This document shows, one piece after another, positions 53,482-62,603 of a stretch of 64,000 nt of DNA. A program made the position numbers and the translations under genes. Source of the stretch: an uncultured Candidatus Poseidoniales archaeon (GTDB lineage Archaea > Thermoplasmatota > Poseidoniia > Poseidoniales > Thalassarchaeaceae); assembly GCA_964563355.1 (NCBI GenBank), contig CAZLVU010000002.1:3805-67804 (forward strand). Direction: 5' to 3'. Every line of letters starts with the position of its first letter. Position 1 is the stretch's first letter. The notes below the pieces were generated by a model, which worked only from the letters and a program-made list of their open reading frames with translations, was not told the origin of the DNA and made no database searches.

Positions 53482-54567
53482 TCAGGGGCTATTTCTCGAG
53501 TTCTCATGGAAGTCCTCGAGTGGGCGAAGGTCCAGAGGGCTTGCATCCAACTGTGTGGCACCTCTAAGCCTAAGGCCGTTGCAGAACCCGTGTCGGTAGA
53601 CTATCGCCCCCTGACCGTACTCGGCGACATACCTATCCACTTGCTTCTGGGTCTTCTTCTTCGGAAACTTCAGATCGGCGCCGAAGAAATGCTTGGCATC
53701 GATCCAAGCACATGGTATGCCGTTGACCCGAACGTCATCCAATAGTAGCAGGTCTGGAGTAATTATTGCCCTGCCCTCACTTCGAGTCTGTTCAGTAAGT
53801 AGTTCTGCCTGGCGTCGGAATCTGACACCAAGAGAACTGAAGTGGTTGCAAAGGATATCCTCAAACACCTCGGCAGCGTTTTGGGTCTCTGTCTGGTTGA
53901 CAGAACTTACCCTGTCAACCGATTCGGCTAGTTCAAACTGCTCGCGATCGCGTTTATTGAGCTTTGAGGGGTTCTTGTTCAATGTTTCTTTAATCCTAGT
54001 TTTCGTCCATCCCCTGCCTGTGAGGATTGCACGGAATGTGTTGACCGGCGGGGCATCGAATCTCTTTGAGAGAGCTATGACGCTCTCCCCTGAGTTGTAG
54101 CGACGGCTTAGCTCATTCGATCGCCTCATCAGTTTGGAATGAGAGTAGACGCTCTTCTCTTGGTTCAGTGCGGCTCGAAGTGAGAGGGCCTGCTCGAGTG
54201 TGATTGGGAGTCCTTCCAACTTAGAGGCAATGTCCTGAACCCTATCCTCAGGGAGAAAACCAAACTCCCCGGGAATGCAAGCGATCTTCCCTGCTTTGGT
54301 CTGTACTTCCTTGGAAACTGCGTTAGTTTTCCACTGAATGTTGACCTTCTTTGGTGGGGGATCGATCACCTTGGGAATCCCCATTGGTCTTGGATTAGCA
54401 GAAAACCTAGCTATAGCACGCTCTATCTCCTCCGACTGCGGCGACCTGCCTGTTCCCTTCGAAGGAGGCTTGTTACCTCCCGAGGGTCGGCGGCGCCGAC
54501 GGCGCCCTCGGCGCCGCTTGGCACTTTCATCCTCACTCAACAGAGCTTCCAGCGAAAGGGGCTCCAT
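53482..54567 (-). CDS. PD-(D/E)xK nuclease-fold protein of the TPD-motif / CDIN1 (C15orf41)-like family with an Arg-rich N-terminus
   Basis: The core reads GRAIITPDLLLLDDVRVNGIPCAWIDAKHFFGADL...YGQGAIVYRHGFCNGL. It parallels the TPD..L....G....WIESKA.FG ... G.G.VIYW.GF pattern I recall for human CDIN1. The N-terminus contains KRRRGRRRRRRP. Confidence 0.5.
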   Translation of the reverse strand: MEPLSLEALLSEDESAKRRRGRRRRRRPSGGNKPPSKGTGRSPQSEEIERAIARFSANPRPMGIPKVIDPPPKKVNIQWKTNAVSKEVQTKAGKIACIPGEFGFLPEDRVQDIASKLEGLPITLEQALSLRAALNQEKSVYSHSKLMRRSNELSRRYNSGESVIALSKRFDAPPVNTFRAILTGRGWTKTRIKETLNKNPSKLNKRDREQFELAESVDRVSSVNQTETQNAAEVFEDILCNHFSSLGVRFRRQAELLTEQTRSEGRAIITPDLLLLDDVRVNGIPCAWIDAKHFFGADLKFPKKKTQKQVDRYVAEYGQGAIVYRHGFCNGLRLRGATQLDASPLDLRPLEDFHENSRNSP

Positions 54568-54575
54568 GAACCCAC

Positions 54576-54920
54576 CTATTGAATTGGGCGTCTACGGCTG
54601 GCGTAGATATCATATGCAAGATTCCTAACCCTTGCAGGTACTAACCACAATATCGATCCAAGCGTCCATGGGAAAACCAGAAGCCTGCAAATTCTCCAAA
54701 CTGCATCTGTCTTCGAATACCAATTCCCGTTGGGAGATAGGAGGAAGACTGAATCGACCAGCATTTGAGGCTGAGGCCTTGCTTTGAGAAGTCCCCGCCC
54801 TTCGTCAGTATTCTGACCAATCAGCCTGATTTTCATGTCTGGGTCCCTGGTCTCGATGAACTTAGCCCATCCTCTGCACTTGCTGCAGTTATCGTCGAAA
54901 AGTACTGTGGATTGGGCCAT
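54576..54920 (-). CDS. Thiol-disulfide oxidoreductase DCC family (DUF393)
   Basis: VLFDDNCSKCRGWAKFI carries the D-x2-C-x2-C signature near the N-terminus. At 114 aa the size is appropriate. Confidence 0.75.
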   Translation of the reverse strand: MAQSTVLFDDNCSKCRGWAKFIETRDPDMKIRLIGQNTDEGRGLLKARPQPQMLVDSVFLLSPNGNWYSKTDAVWRICRLLVFPWTLGSILWLVPARVRNLAYDIYASRRRPIQ

Positions 54921-54928
54921 AATTCTAC

Positions 54929-57784
54929 CTAAAGGAAAGCTATTCCAGGCTCAAGTGGGAATGCCATCTTTGCCTTCCCACCTACATCTTCCGCCTCACC
55001 GACGGGATATGCCTCGACTGAATTTACCTCGAGTGCGGAGGCGATGAATTCAGCATTTGCTTCGATGACCGTTGACTCATCGAGTTCACTCAGGACGAGT
55101 GCCTTCTGCCCATCTGTCCAAGAATGGATGCGTCCGCGCTTCTTCTTGCTGCCAGCGGTGAGAGAGATCCATGTCTGGAATATCTCACCCCGCATAGACT
55201 CATTTTCAAAAATCTGTAGAGACTGGAGGTGGGACTGGCTCTGAGATTTGAAGTCGAATCCCTCAGAATCAAGTCGAATCGCGTCCCTAGCCATTTCATT
55301 TTTCCATTGTGGGGACGTCTGGATAACTGCCCGGCTGATGATCTCGTTGGAGTGTCGTTGGGCAAGTACTCTCAAGTTTCTCCCTGTGGAAATTAGTTCT
55401 CTCAAGTAGGATTCCCGGGCCAGTACGGGTTCGTCTTGGGATGCGTCGCCCATTTGTGGGATGGTGAGTGTGGAAAGCATCCCTTCACCGCCTATTCTTT
55501 GCCACAACTCTTCAGCTATGTGAGGTGTCGCCGGGGAAAGCATGGGTAACCAGCCTTCAAGAAAGGCCGTTGTGGTTTCTCTGTCGCATCCGCCCCTTCG
55601 ACGGTACCAGTTCCAATCAGAGAGCATCTCAAAGTGGCTAGTCATGACGCCCTCACGAAGACTTACGTCAGCCATGGCTCGGCGCCATGACGCTTGATTT
55701 GCCCTGAGTCTAGCATTGAGCCAATCATCCATATGACTTGGCGAGTCAATCAGGGACTGAGCAGATTCGACTGCATCGATAATTGAAGAAATCTGCCTGT
55801 AATTGGCTTCAAGTGCGCTATCAGACCAGTCCATTCCGGCTTCTGGGTTGGCTCCGAAGAGAATGAAAAGTCGTACAGTGTCGGCTCCGAATTTCTCGAC
55901 CATTTCCTCCGGGCTAACCGTATTCCCCAGTGACTTACTCATCTTGGCATTACGTGACGTTAGGGGCTTACTGCAAGTGGGGCAGTTCGCACCAAAATTG
56001 TCTACGTGATACTCAGAATTGCAATCAGCACAGTAGGGGGCAGGAGCATTCAGCATGCCTTGGCAAACAAGCCTCCCGAATGGTTCGCCAACCTCATTCA
56101 TCCCCGCGTCTCGTGTGAATTTTGTGAAGAATCGAGCATATAGAAGGTGCATGACCGCATGCTCGATGCCCCCGATGTAAAGATCAACCCCCCCGTCCAT
56201 CCAGTAGTCGACTGCTGTTCTGTCGAACGGTGAAGAGTCGTTGTTTGCATCGCAGAAACGCATGAAGTACCAGGATGAGTCAAAGAATGTGTCCATTGTG
56301 TCAGTCTCGCGCTTGGCCTCCCCCCCGCACGACGGGCAGGTGGTTTCGATGAATGAATCGTGATTGGACAGAGGGTTGCCGCTCTGGTCCTCGCTAAAGA
56401 CCACATCAAGAGGTAATGTAACGGGGAGGTCCTCGTGGGGAACAGGAACTATGCCACACGAGTCGCAATGGACCATTGGAATGGGGGTGCCCCAGAATCT
56501 CTGCCTGCTCAGGAGCCAATCTTTCAGACGGTACTCAACCGTGCCATGGCCTGATCCCGAGGACTCGAGGGTGGAAATTACAGCATCCTTAGCCTGGTCT
56601 CCGGACAGACCATCAAAGCCCTCGGTCGATGAGTTGACCATGGGGCCGTATCCTTCGAAGGCTTCGTTGAGGGGGGCCGATGGGTCGTCGCCTTCCTCTT
56701 GTACCAGAACGCGTCTAATCTCCAGCCCGTACGCCTTAGCGAAGTCGAAGTCACGTTGGTCGTGGCCAGGGACCGCCATCACTGCACCGGTCCCGTAAGA
56801 CGCAACGACGAAGTTGCCTGCGTAAATGGGAACCTCCTCCCCGCTCATCGGGTTTACTGCGTGCCGGCCTAGGAACACGCCCTTCTTCTCCTTCAGCATG
56901 TTGATTCTCTCGAATTCGGACATCCTTGAGCACTCGTCTCTTAGTTCCCTCCATCCGGCCTCCCACTCGGACCCCGCACACAATTCCTCGCATAACGGGT
57001 GCTCTGGGGAAAGGGTGACGAAAGTCACTCCGAAGATGGTGTCAGGGCGGGTTGTAAACGCACCGATCAACGAATCTGAGCCAGAAACCGGGAAGTCGAT
57101 GTGGGCCCCGTGGGATCGTCCAATCCAGTTTCGTTGCATTGCCTTGACGTTCTCCGGGAATGAAATGTTATCGAGTTCATCTAGAAGTTCATCTGAGTAC
57201 TCGGTCATACGAAGGAACCACTGTGCCATGTCCCTCTGAATCACCTCGAGGCCACATCTCCAGCAACGGTTGTTCTTGACCTGCTCATTCGCAAGAACGG
57301 TGTCGCAATCGGTGCACCAGTTGACTGGAGCTGATCTCCTCTCGACTAGGTCGCGCTCGTTCAATGTTAGGAACATCTCCTGGTTCCACCTGTAGTACTC
57401 GACGTCGGAAGTGGCCAAGAATCGGTTCCAGTCATAGGAATATCCCATCCGCTCTTGGTCTGAACGGATGCTTGCGATGTTTCTTTGAGTCACTGTGTGA
57501 GGGTGACCTCCCTCCTTCTTAGCGGCGTTCTCCGCGGGCATCCCGAAAGAGTCGTAGCCCATCGGATAGAGGACGTTCATTCCCATCAGACGTTGGAAGC
57601 GGGCCATGGCGTCGCCTATCGAGTAGTTCCTGACGTGCCCCATGTGCATCTGGCCGGACGGATAGGGGAACATCTCAAGGCAGTAGAATTTAGGCCTGGA
57701 GCTATCAATCTCAACCTCAAAGGCTCCTGCATCAGCCCATGTTCTCTGCCAGCGCATCTCCAATTCATGTGCGTCGTATGCCAT
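54929..57784 (-). CDS. leuS: Leucine--tRNA ligase (archaeal/eukaryotic type)
   Basis: The HIGH-region motif is FPYPSGQMHMGHVRNY and the KMSKS motif is KMSKSLGN. A CP1 editing insertion is present. The protein is 951 aa. Confidence 0.95.
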   Translation of the reverse strand: MAYDAHELEMRWQRTWADAGAFEVEIDSSRPKFYCLEMFPYPSGQMHMGHVRNYSIGDAMARFQRLMGMNVLYPMGYDSFGMPAENAAKKEGGHPHTVTQRNIASIRSDQERMGYSYDWNRFLATSDVEYYRWNQEMFLTLNERDLVERRSAPVNWCTDCDTVLANEQVKNNRCWRCGLEVIQRDMAQWFLRMTEYSDELLDELDNISFPENVKAMQRNWIGRSHGAHIDFPVSGSDSLIGAFTTRPDTIFGVTFVTLSPEHPLCEELCAGSEWEAGWRELRDECSRMSEFERINMLKEKKGVFLGRHAVNPMSGEEVPIYAGNFVVASYGTGAVMAVPGHDQRDFDFAKAYGLEIRRVLVQEEGDDPSAPLNEAFEGYGPMVNSSTEGFDGLSGDQAKDAVISTLESSGSGHGTVEYRLKDWLLSRQRFWGTPIPMVHCDSCGIVPVPHEDLPVTLPLDVVFSEDQSGNPLSNHDSFIETTCPSCGGEAKRETDTMDTFFDSSWYFMRFCDANNDSSPFDRTAVDYWMDGGVDLYIGGIEHAVMHLLYARFFTKFTRDAGMNEVGEPFGRLVCQGMLNAPAPYCADCNSEYHVDNFGANCPTCSKPLTSRNAKMSKSLGNTVSPEEMVEKFGADTVRLFILFGANPEAGMDWSDSALEANYRQISSIIDAVESAQSLIDSPSHMDDWLNARLRANQASWRRAMADVSLREGVMTSHFEMLSDWNWYRRRGGCDRETTTAFLEGWLPMLSPATPHIAEELWQRIGGEGMLSTLTIPQMGDASQDEPVLARESYLRELISTGRNLRVLAQRHSNEIISRAVIQTSPQWKNEMARDAIRLDSEGFDFKSQSQSHLQSLQIFENESMRGEIFQTWISLTAGSKKKRGRIHSWTDGQKALVLSELDESTVIEANAEFIASALEVNSVEAYPVGEAEDVGGKAKMAFPLEPGIAFL

Positions 57785-58034
57785 TTCTTCACTCCAAATA
57801 GGCTCTGAAGGAGCATCAGGCTCCCTGCAGAAGCAGTAGGCGAAACGGAAGCCCGCCTAGCAGGGTCTGTGGAGCGGGCATTCGTGCCACGGACACACGG
57901 TAGGCTACCTCGATTTGAATGATACCCCCCCTTATGGCGCGGTCTACGCAGTTGAGTATTGCATCTTCCAATTTCATTTCATTGGAGGATGTTGTTGCAT
58001 TACGACTTTGATTGGAAGCTTACTCGGGGTCTTG

Positions 58035-58742
58035 ATGCTATCAGACGGAGAGTTCGATGTTGCCATCTGGGATGATGGGATTGAGATCTGGGTGACTCAG
58101 ATGGGTACTCTGATGAACATGAACACCGCCTTCATCGATAGGGTCAACGGAATTGTCGCTGTTATCGATCCCTACGACGGGAAAAAATGGGGAGAGGCAC
58201 TTGAGAGGGAGGGTTTGAGTCCAACCCACCTTCTCTATACACACACTCACAGGGATCATGCGGCTGGCTATCCTGTAATGATCAAGATGTTTCCAGAACT
58301 AGAGGTTTGGGGGCACGAGGATGCGAAGGTACCAAGCCTACTAGGCCATGTCGTCTTCAGGAAGGTAGAATTCACCAACACATGGGATTGCAACCCCGGT
58401 GAGACAGTAGAGTGGTCTGCAGGTTCTATTAGACTCAAAGTCACTCACTCACCGGGCCACGCACCGGGACATGTCACGATTCACGGTCATGGGGTATACC
58501 ACGCTGGTGACCTTCTGTTCGTAAGAAGTGCTGGAAGGGTGGACCTCCCAGGAGGGGACCCTGGGGCTCAGCAGAGGAGCTTGGTCAGAGCGAAGGAAAT
58601 CCTGAGCGAGCTGCCTCCGGACTGGAGATTGATTCCCGGCCACCGGTACGACACATACGGAGGGACCACTCCAGATTGGATCAGCGTTGGGAACGCCCTG
58701 CAGCACAACTACTTCCTTGCACACATCACAATGCCAGACTAA
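58035..58742 (+). CDS. MBL-fold metallo-hydrolase (glyoxalase II-like)
   Basis: Matching segments are IVAVIDPYDG, the HxHxDH motif LYTHTHRDHAAGY, TPGHAPGHV and GDLLFVRSAGRVDLPGGD. The track ORF starts at TTG 57915, and I prefer the in-frame ATG 58035. Confidence 0.85.
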   Translation: MLSDGEFDVAIWDDGIEIWVTQMGTLMNMNTAFIDRVNGIVAVIDPYDGKKWGEALEREGLSPTHLLYTHTHRDHAAGYPVMIKMFPELEVWGHEDAKVPSLLGHVVFRKVEFTNTWDCNPGETVEWSAGSIRLKVTHSPGHAPGHVTIHGHGVYHAGDLLFVRSAGRVDLPGGDPGAQQRSLVRAKEILSELPPDWRLIPGHRYDTYGGTTPDWISVGNALQHNYFLAHITMPD

Positions 58743-59230
58743 TTTGACCGCTTTAGAAGACGTCTGACCAAGGAGCTCTCATTGTCTAAAGAGGTTCTCG
58801 GCTCCTCCCTGACCGTCCTTAGTGCGTTGATTGGAATCCATTCATCGGGAATCAATCTCCAAGGAGTTACTCTAGCCATTATGCCCAAGAGTACTTGACT
58901 GCCTGGAATCATGAAGACTCTGAGCGGAGGAACCAAGAAGCTCATTGCAGCAAGGTTGTTCCGTGCATCGATTCGCTCCTTTTTGCTAATCTTCCTGCCG
59001 ATTAGGATGTTTGCGAGTATCCCAGAGGTCTCCTTGAAGTGTTCTGCACCAATCTTTGAGGAGTCCCAGGCCTTCTCAATTGCTTCCCCCCACTTGCCTG
59101 GCTCCTTCGCGACTTCCTTGATGTCGTCTTGTGAATTATCTGGAAGGCGCCTGAACGCCGCAGCTGTTCCATTTGTGACCCATGGCAGCCACCTGAGCAG
59201 GAACCGCGCCGAGTTTCCAACCCTTCCCAT
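58739..59230 (-). CDS. Hypothetical protein with a LETM1-like segment (tentative)
   Basis: The ORF is 163 aa. GRKISKKERIDARNNLAAMSFLVPPLRVFMIPGSQVLLGIMARVTPWRLIPDEW resembles the LETM1 core (L[ST]RRER...LVPF....VPF.E.LLP....LFP..LPSTF). It starts 4 nt after the aceE stop. Confidence 0.55.
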   Translation of the reverse strand: MGRVGNSARFLLRWLPWVTNGTAAAFRRLPDNSQDDIKEVAKEPGKWGEAIEKAWDSSKIGAEHFKETSGILANILIGRKISKKERIDARNNLAAMSFLVPPLRVFMIPGSQVLLGIMARVTPWRLIPDEWIPINALRTVREEPRTSLDNESSLVRRLLKRSN

Positions 59231-59234
59231 CTTA

Positions 59235-61892
59235 TCACGCCGTTTTATCCACTCTGTCGGTTGATACGCCCCTGGCCTTCAAGGCCTTATGCACGGTACC
59301 CGACGGAATTTCCCCGTCTTGCTCCAATGCAGAGAGAGCTGCCACGACTATGCTGCTGGTGTCGATCTCAAAGAACGTCCTTAGGGCCTCTCTTGAGTCG
59401 GATCGGCCGAAACCGTCCGTACCTAGTACTACATAGCGACCGCCTATCCATCGTTGGATCATCTCGGGAACTGATGCAATGTAGTCGGATGTGGCTACGG
59501 TGGGGGTCTCGTCTCCGAAGCATTCTGAAACATACGAACCTTGGGGTTCCTTTGGGTTCAATCGGGTTCGCCTCTCGGCTTCCAAACCCCGGCGCCTGAG
59601 CTCCCCGTATGAGGTGACAGACCAGACCTCGGACCTGATACCGAATTCATCAGATAAGACAGAGGCAGCCTCCCGGACGTACTTCAGTATAGGGCCTGAG
59701 CCGAGCAGCCTGACCTTGGGTCCGTCACGCCCTACCTCTTCTAGCAGGTACGTACCACTGACTATTCCCTGATCAGAGCCCTCTGGTTTGGGCATTTGCT
59801 GCTGGTTCTCGTTGTACAACATGACATAGTGGAATACGTCTAGGTTCTCGCCCCACATCTCTTCGATTCCATGTCTGATTATCGTGGCCAGCTCGTATGC
59901 GTATGCCGGGTCCCAAGCCCGACAGTGCGGGACGGTCGAAGCCATGATTAGGCTATGGCCATCCTGATGCTGGAGGCCTTCACCATTCAAGGTGGTTCGT
60001 CCAGCAGTAGCACCCATTAGGAATCCTCTCGCTCTGGCATCGGATGCACTCCAAATCTGGTCTCCGACTCGCTGAAACCCGAACATGGAGTAGAAAGTGT
60101 AGAACGGCATTGTTGGAGAGCGGGCTGTGGAGTATGACGTAGCGCTGGCTATCCACGAGGCTATGGCCGAGGCCTCGGAAATACCCTCCTGTAGGATTTG
60201 ACCCGACTCCGATTCCTTGTACCTCAGTAGCATCGAGTGATCCACAGGGGTGTACTTCTGACCCTGTAGTGAAAAAATCGAGAACTCGCTGAAGAGAGGG
60301 TCCATGCCGAAGGTCCTTCCCTCATCAGGGATTATGGGCACTACCCTTTCGCCAATCTCAGACTTCATCAGATTCCTGAGCAACCTTACGAAGGCCATCG
60401 TAGTCGAAACCTCCTGGCCCGCGGGAGTACCTTGATCGAATGCGGCATAGGTGTCCGGCCCTGGCAGCTCTATTTCGACGTGTAACGGGTCTCTAGATGG
60501 AAGAGGGCCGCCTAGGGACTGTCTCCGCTGAAGCATGTACGCCATCTCCTCGGAGTCTTCCTCAAGGCTGTAGAATGGGTCTTGCTGCAGTCTTGAGTCA
60601 TCTATGGGGAGATGGAGGGCGTTGCGGTAGGAGACAAGGTCGTCAAGATTCATCTTCTTCTTTTGGTGGGTCGAGTTCCTCCCTTGGAAGGAGTCTATCC
60701 CCCACCCCTTGACCGTGTGGGCCAGAATAACTGCCGGTCCCTTCGCAGCCAGAGCCGCATTGTATGCTGCATAGACCTTGATCGGGTCGTGTCCGCCTCT
60801 GGTCAGGCCTGCAATCTCCTCGTCGGAAAGTGAAGCGCCCAAAGCCTCGAGTCCCGGGCTGCCTGAGAATAATTCCAAGCGGAAATCAGGTGGCGAGAGG
60901 GTGCTGAGTCGTTGCCAGTCTCCATCAGTAATGGCCTCAAATCTTGAAAGTAATTCCCCCTTTGTATCCCGTTGCAGCACCCTGTCCCAGCCCGATCCCC
61001 AAATTACCTTGATTACAGTCCAGCCAGCTCCTCGGTAGAGACCCTCTAGCTCCTGGATAATCTTGGCATTGCCTCGAACCGGACCATCGAGACGTTGAAG
61101 ATTGCAGTTGACAATTACGATTAGATTGTCAAGCTGTTCTCTTCCCGCCACTGCGATTGATGCGATAGCCTCGGGTTCGTCCATCTCACCGTCTCCCAAA
61201 AAGGCGAACACCCTGCTTTCGGATGTGTCGGCCAGGTCTCGCTGGTGCATGTATTTCCAGAAGCGAGCTTGCATGACAGCTCCAAGGGGTCCGAGACCCA
61301 TGGAAACAGTTGGGTACTCCCAGAAATCACGCATTAGGCGGGGGTGGGGGTAAGATGAGAGGCCGTCTTCAAAGGCCTCCTGCCTGAAGTTTGAGACCTG
61401 TTCACTCGAGATCCTGCCATCAAGGAACGCCCTGGCATAGATTCCAGGACTGGCATGTCCCTGAACGTAAACCGCGTCCCCGATGCCATTGTGCTGCTTG
61501 CCCCTGAAGAAGTGATTGAAGCCGACCTCGTAAAGCGTTGAGCTGGAAGCATAGGTGGAGATATGCCCTCCGATCCCATCCATTCTGCGGTTTGCGTCCG
61601 AAACCATTACCGCGGCGTTCCACAGTATTGCATCCTGAATGGACCTCTCGATTCCGATGTCGCCGGGATAAGGGGGTTGTTGCTCGAGAGATATCGAATT
61701 AACGTACGGAGTCTGGGAGGGAGGGCGAATGGGTATGGATAGGGCATTGGCTTCGGACATAATTTCATGGAGGATCATTCGGGCTCTTTCGGCGCCTTGC
61801 GCGGTCACAACCGAACGCAGAGCTTCCAGCCACTCGTCAGTCTCCTCGGGGTCCGAGTCAGGCAGTCTCTGACGGGGGTTGGGAGGGGGCAT
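59235..61892 (-). CDS. aceE: Pyruvate dehydrogenase E1 component, homodimeric (AceE) type
   Basis: At 885 aa it is colinear with E. coli AceE as I recall it. Matching segments are DPEETDEWLEALRSV, YPGD..IERSI...WNA, GGHISTYASSSTLYEVGFNHFFRG, QGHASPGIYARAFLDGR...NFRQE and GDGEMDEPE. Confidence 0.92.
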   Translation of the reverse strand: MPPPNPRQRLPDSDPEETDEWLEALRSVVTAQGAERARMILHEIMSEANALSIPIRPPSQTPYVNSISLEQQPPYPGDIGIERSIQDAILWNAAVMVSDANRRMDGIGGHISTYASSSTLYEVGFNHFFRGKQHNGIGDAVYVQGHASPGIYARAFLDGRISSEQVSNFRQEAFEDGLSSYPHPRLMRDFWEYPTVSMGLGPLGAVMQARFWKYMHQRDLADTSESRVFAFLGDGEMDEPEAIASIAVAGREQLDNLIVIVNCNLQRLDGPVRGNAKIIQELEGLYRGAGWTVIKVIWGSGWDRVLQRDTKGELLSRFEAITDGDWQRLSTLSPPDFRLELFSGSPGLEALGASLSDEEIAGLTRGGHDPIKVYAAYNAALAAKGPAVILAHTVKGWGIDSFQGRNSTHQKKKMNLDDLVSYRNALHLPIDDSRLQQDPFYSLEEDSEEMAYMLQRRQSLGGPLPSRDPLHVEIELPGPDTYAAFDQGTPAGQEVSTTMAFVRLLRNLMKSEIGERVVPIIPDEGRTFGMDPLFSEFSIFSLQGQKYTPVDHSMLLRYKESESGQILQEGISEASAIASWIASATSYSTARSPTMPFYTFYSMFGFQRVGDQIWSASDARARGFLMGATAGRTTLNGEGLQHQDGHSLIMASTVPHCRAWDPAYAYELATIIRHGIEEMWGENLDVFHYVMLYNENQQQMPKPEGSDQGIVSGTYLLEEVGRDGPKVRLLGSGPILKYVREAASVLSDEFGIRSEVWSVTSYGELRRRGLEAERRTRLNPKEPQGSYVSECFGDETPTVATSDYIASVPEMIQRWIGGRYVVLGTDGFGRSDSREALRTFFEIDTSSIVVAALSALEQDGEIPSGTVHKALKARGVSTDRVDKTA

Positions 61893-61954
61893 ATGACCAG
61901 TCTGCCCCTATGGGGCGAATTGTCAGCAGTGGGGGGTTTTTTCAAGTGGTGGTA

Positions 61955-62578
61955 CTAATTCTCAATCCCATCGGGTCGATGGCTGGGCCCGATATGAATC
62001 AAATGGCACTGGTGCAATGTCCTGATGCCAGCAATCGTGATTGCTGAGTCCCCCGAAACGCAGCGCTCTCCCCCCCACTTTCTCACCGTTCTCAAGACAG
62101 TGTTCCGACCTGGTAGGTTGTTTGGATCGACCTTCAGTTCAACAGTTAGATCTTCCACCTGACCGAGCCAAAATAGTGCTGCATCTATGCTCTTCCTAGC
62201 TATGCCATGCTGCTGCTCTGAGCTTCTAACCCAGTATCCTAGGTTCCAAATCGCTCGGTTTGAACGGGTAACCCTGTCAAATCCAACTAAACCTAGAATA
62301 TAACCGTCCCAAGGACGGACCATGACCCAATGATGGAGCAACCCGGATCTTCCCTTCCTCTCTGTCTCGTTGACGAAGTCCTCTATCTGAGGGTTGATCT
62401 CTTTGTCGGGGTTTATCCAAGGCATTGCCCGGATGACGTCCGGCCAAGTTTCCTCAAATGCTTCGATTATATCTGAGATGTGGATCCTGGATGCTGGTCT
62501 CAGAACTAAGCCGTCATCAATCTGGATCGAAGATGTGGCACGTCGATGCCTGGGACTGTGGGGTGGCCTGGTCGCCAT
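61955..62578 (-). CDS. GNAT-family N-acetyltransferase (RimJ/RimL-like)
   Basis: The region reads ILGLVGFDRVTRSNRAIWNLGYWVRSSEQQHGIARKSIDAALFWL..., then a conserved Asn region (VDPNNLPGRNTVLRTVRKWG). Confidence 0.7.
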   Translation of the reverse strand: MATRPPHSPRHRRATSSIQIDDGLVLRPASRIHISDIIEAFEETWPDVIRAMPWINPDKEINPQIEDFVNETERKGRSGLLHHWVMVRPWDGYILGLVGFDRVTRSNRAIWNLGYWVRSSEQQHGIARKSIDAALFWLGQVEDLTVELKVDPNNLPGRNTVLRTVRKWGGERCVSGDSAITIAGIRTLHQCHLIHIGPSHRPDGIEN

Positions 62579-62603
62579 GGGGCCTCCGGTAGTCGCCCTT
62601 GGG

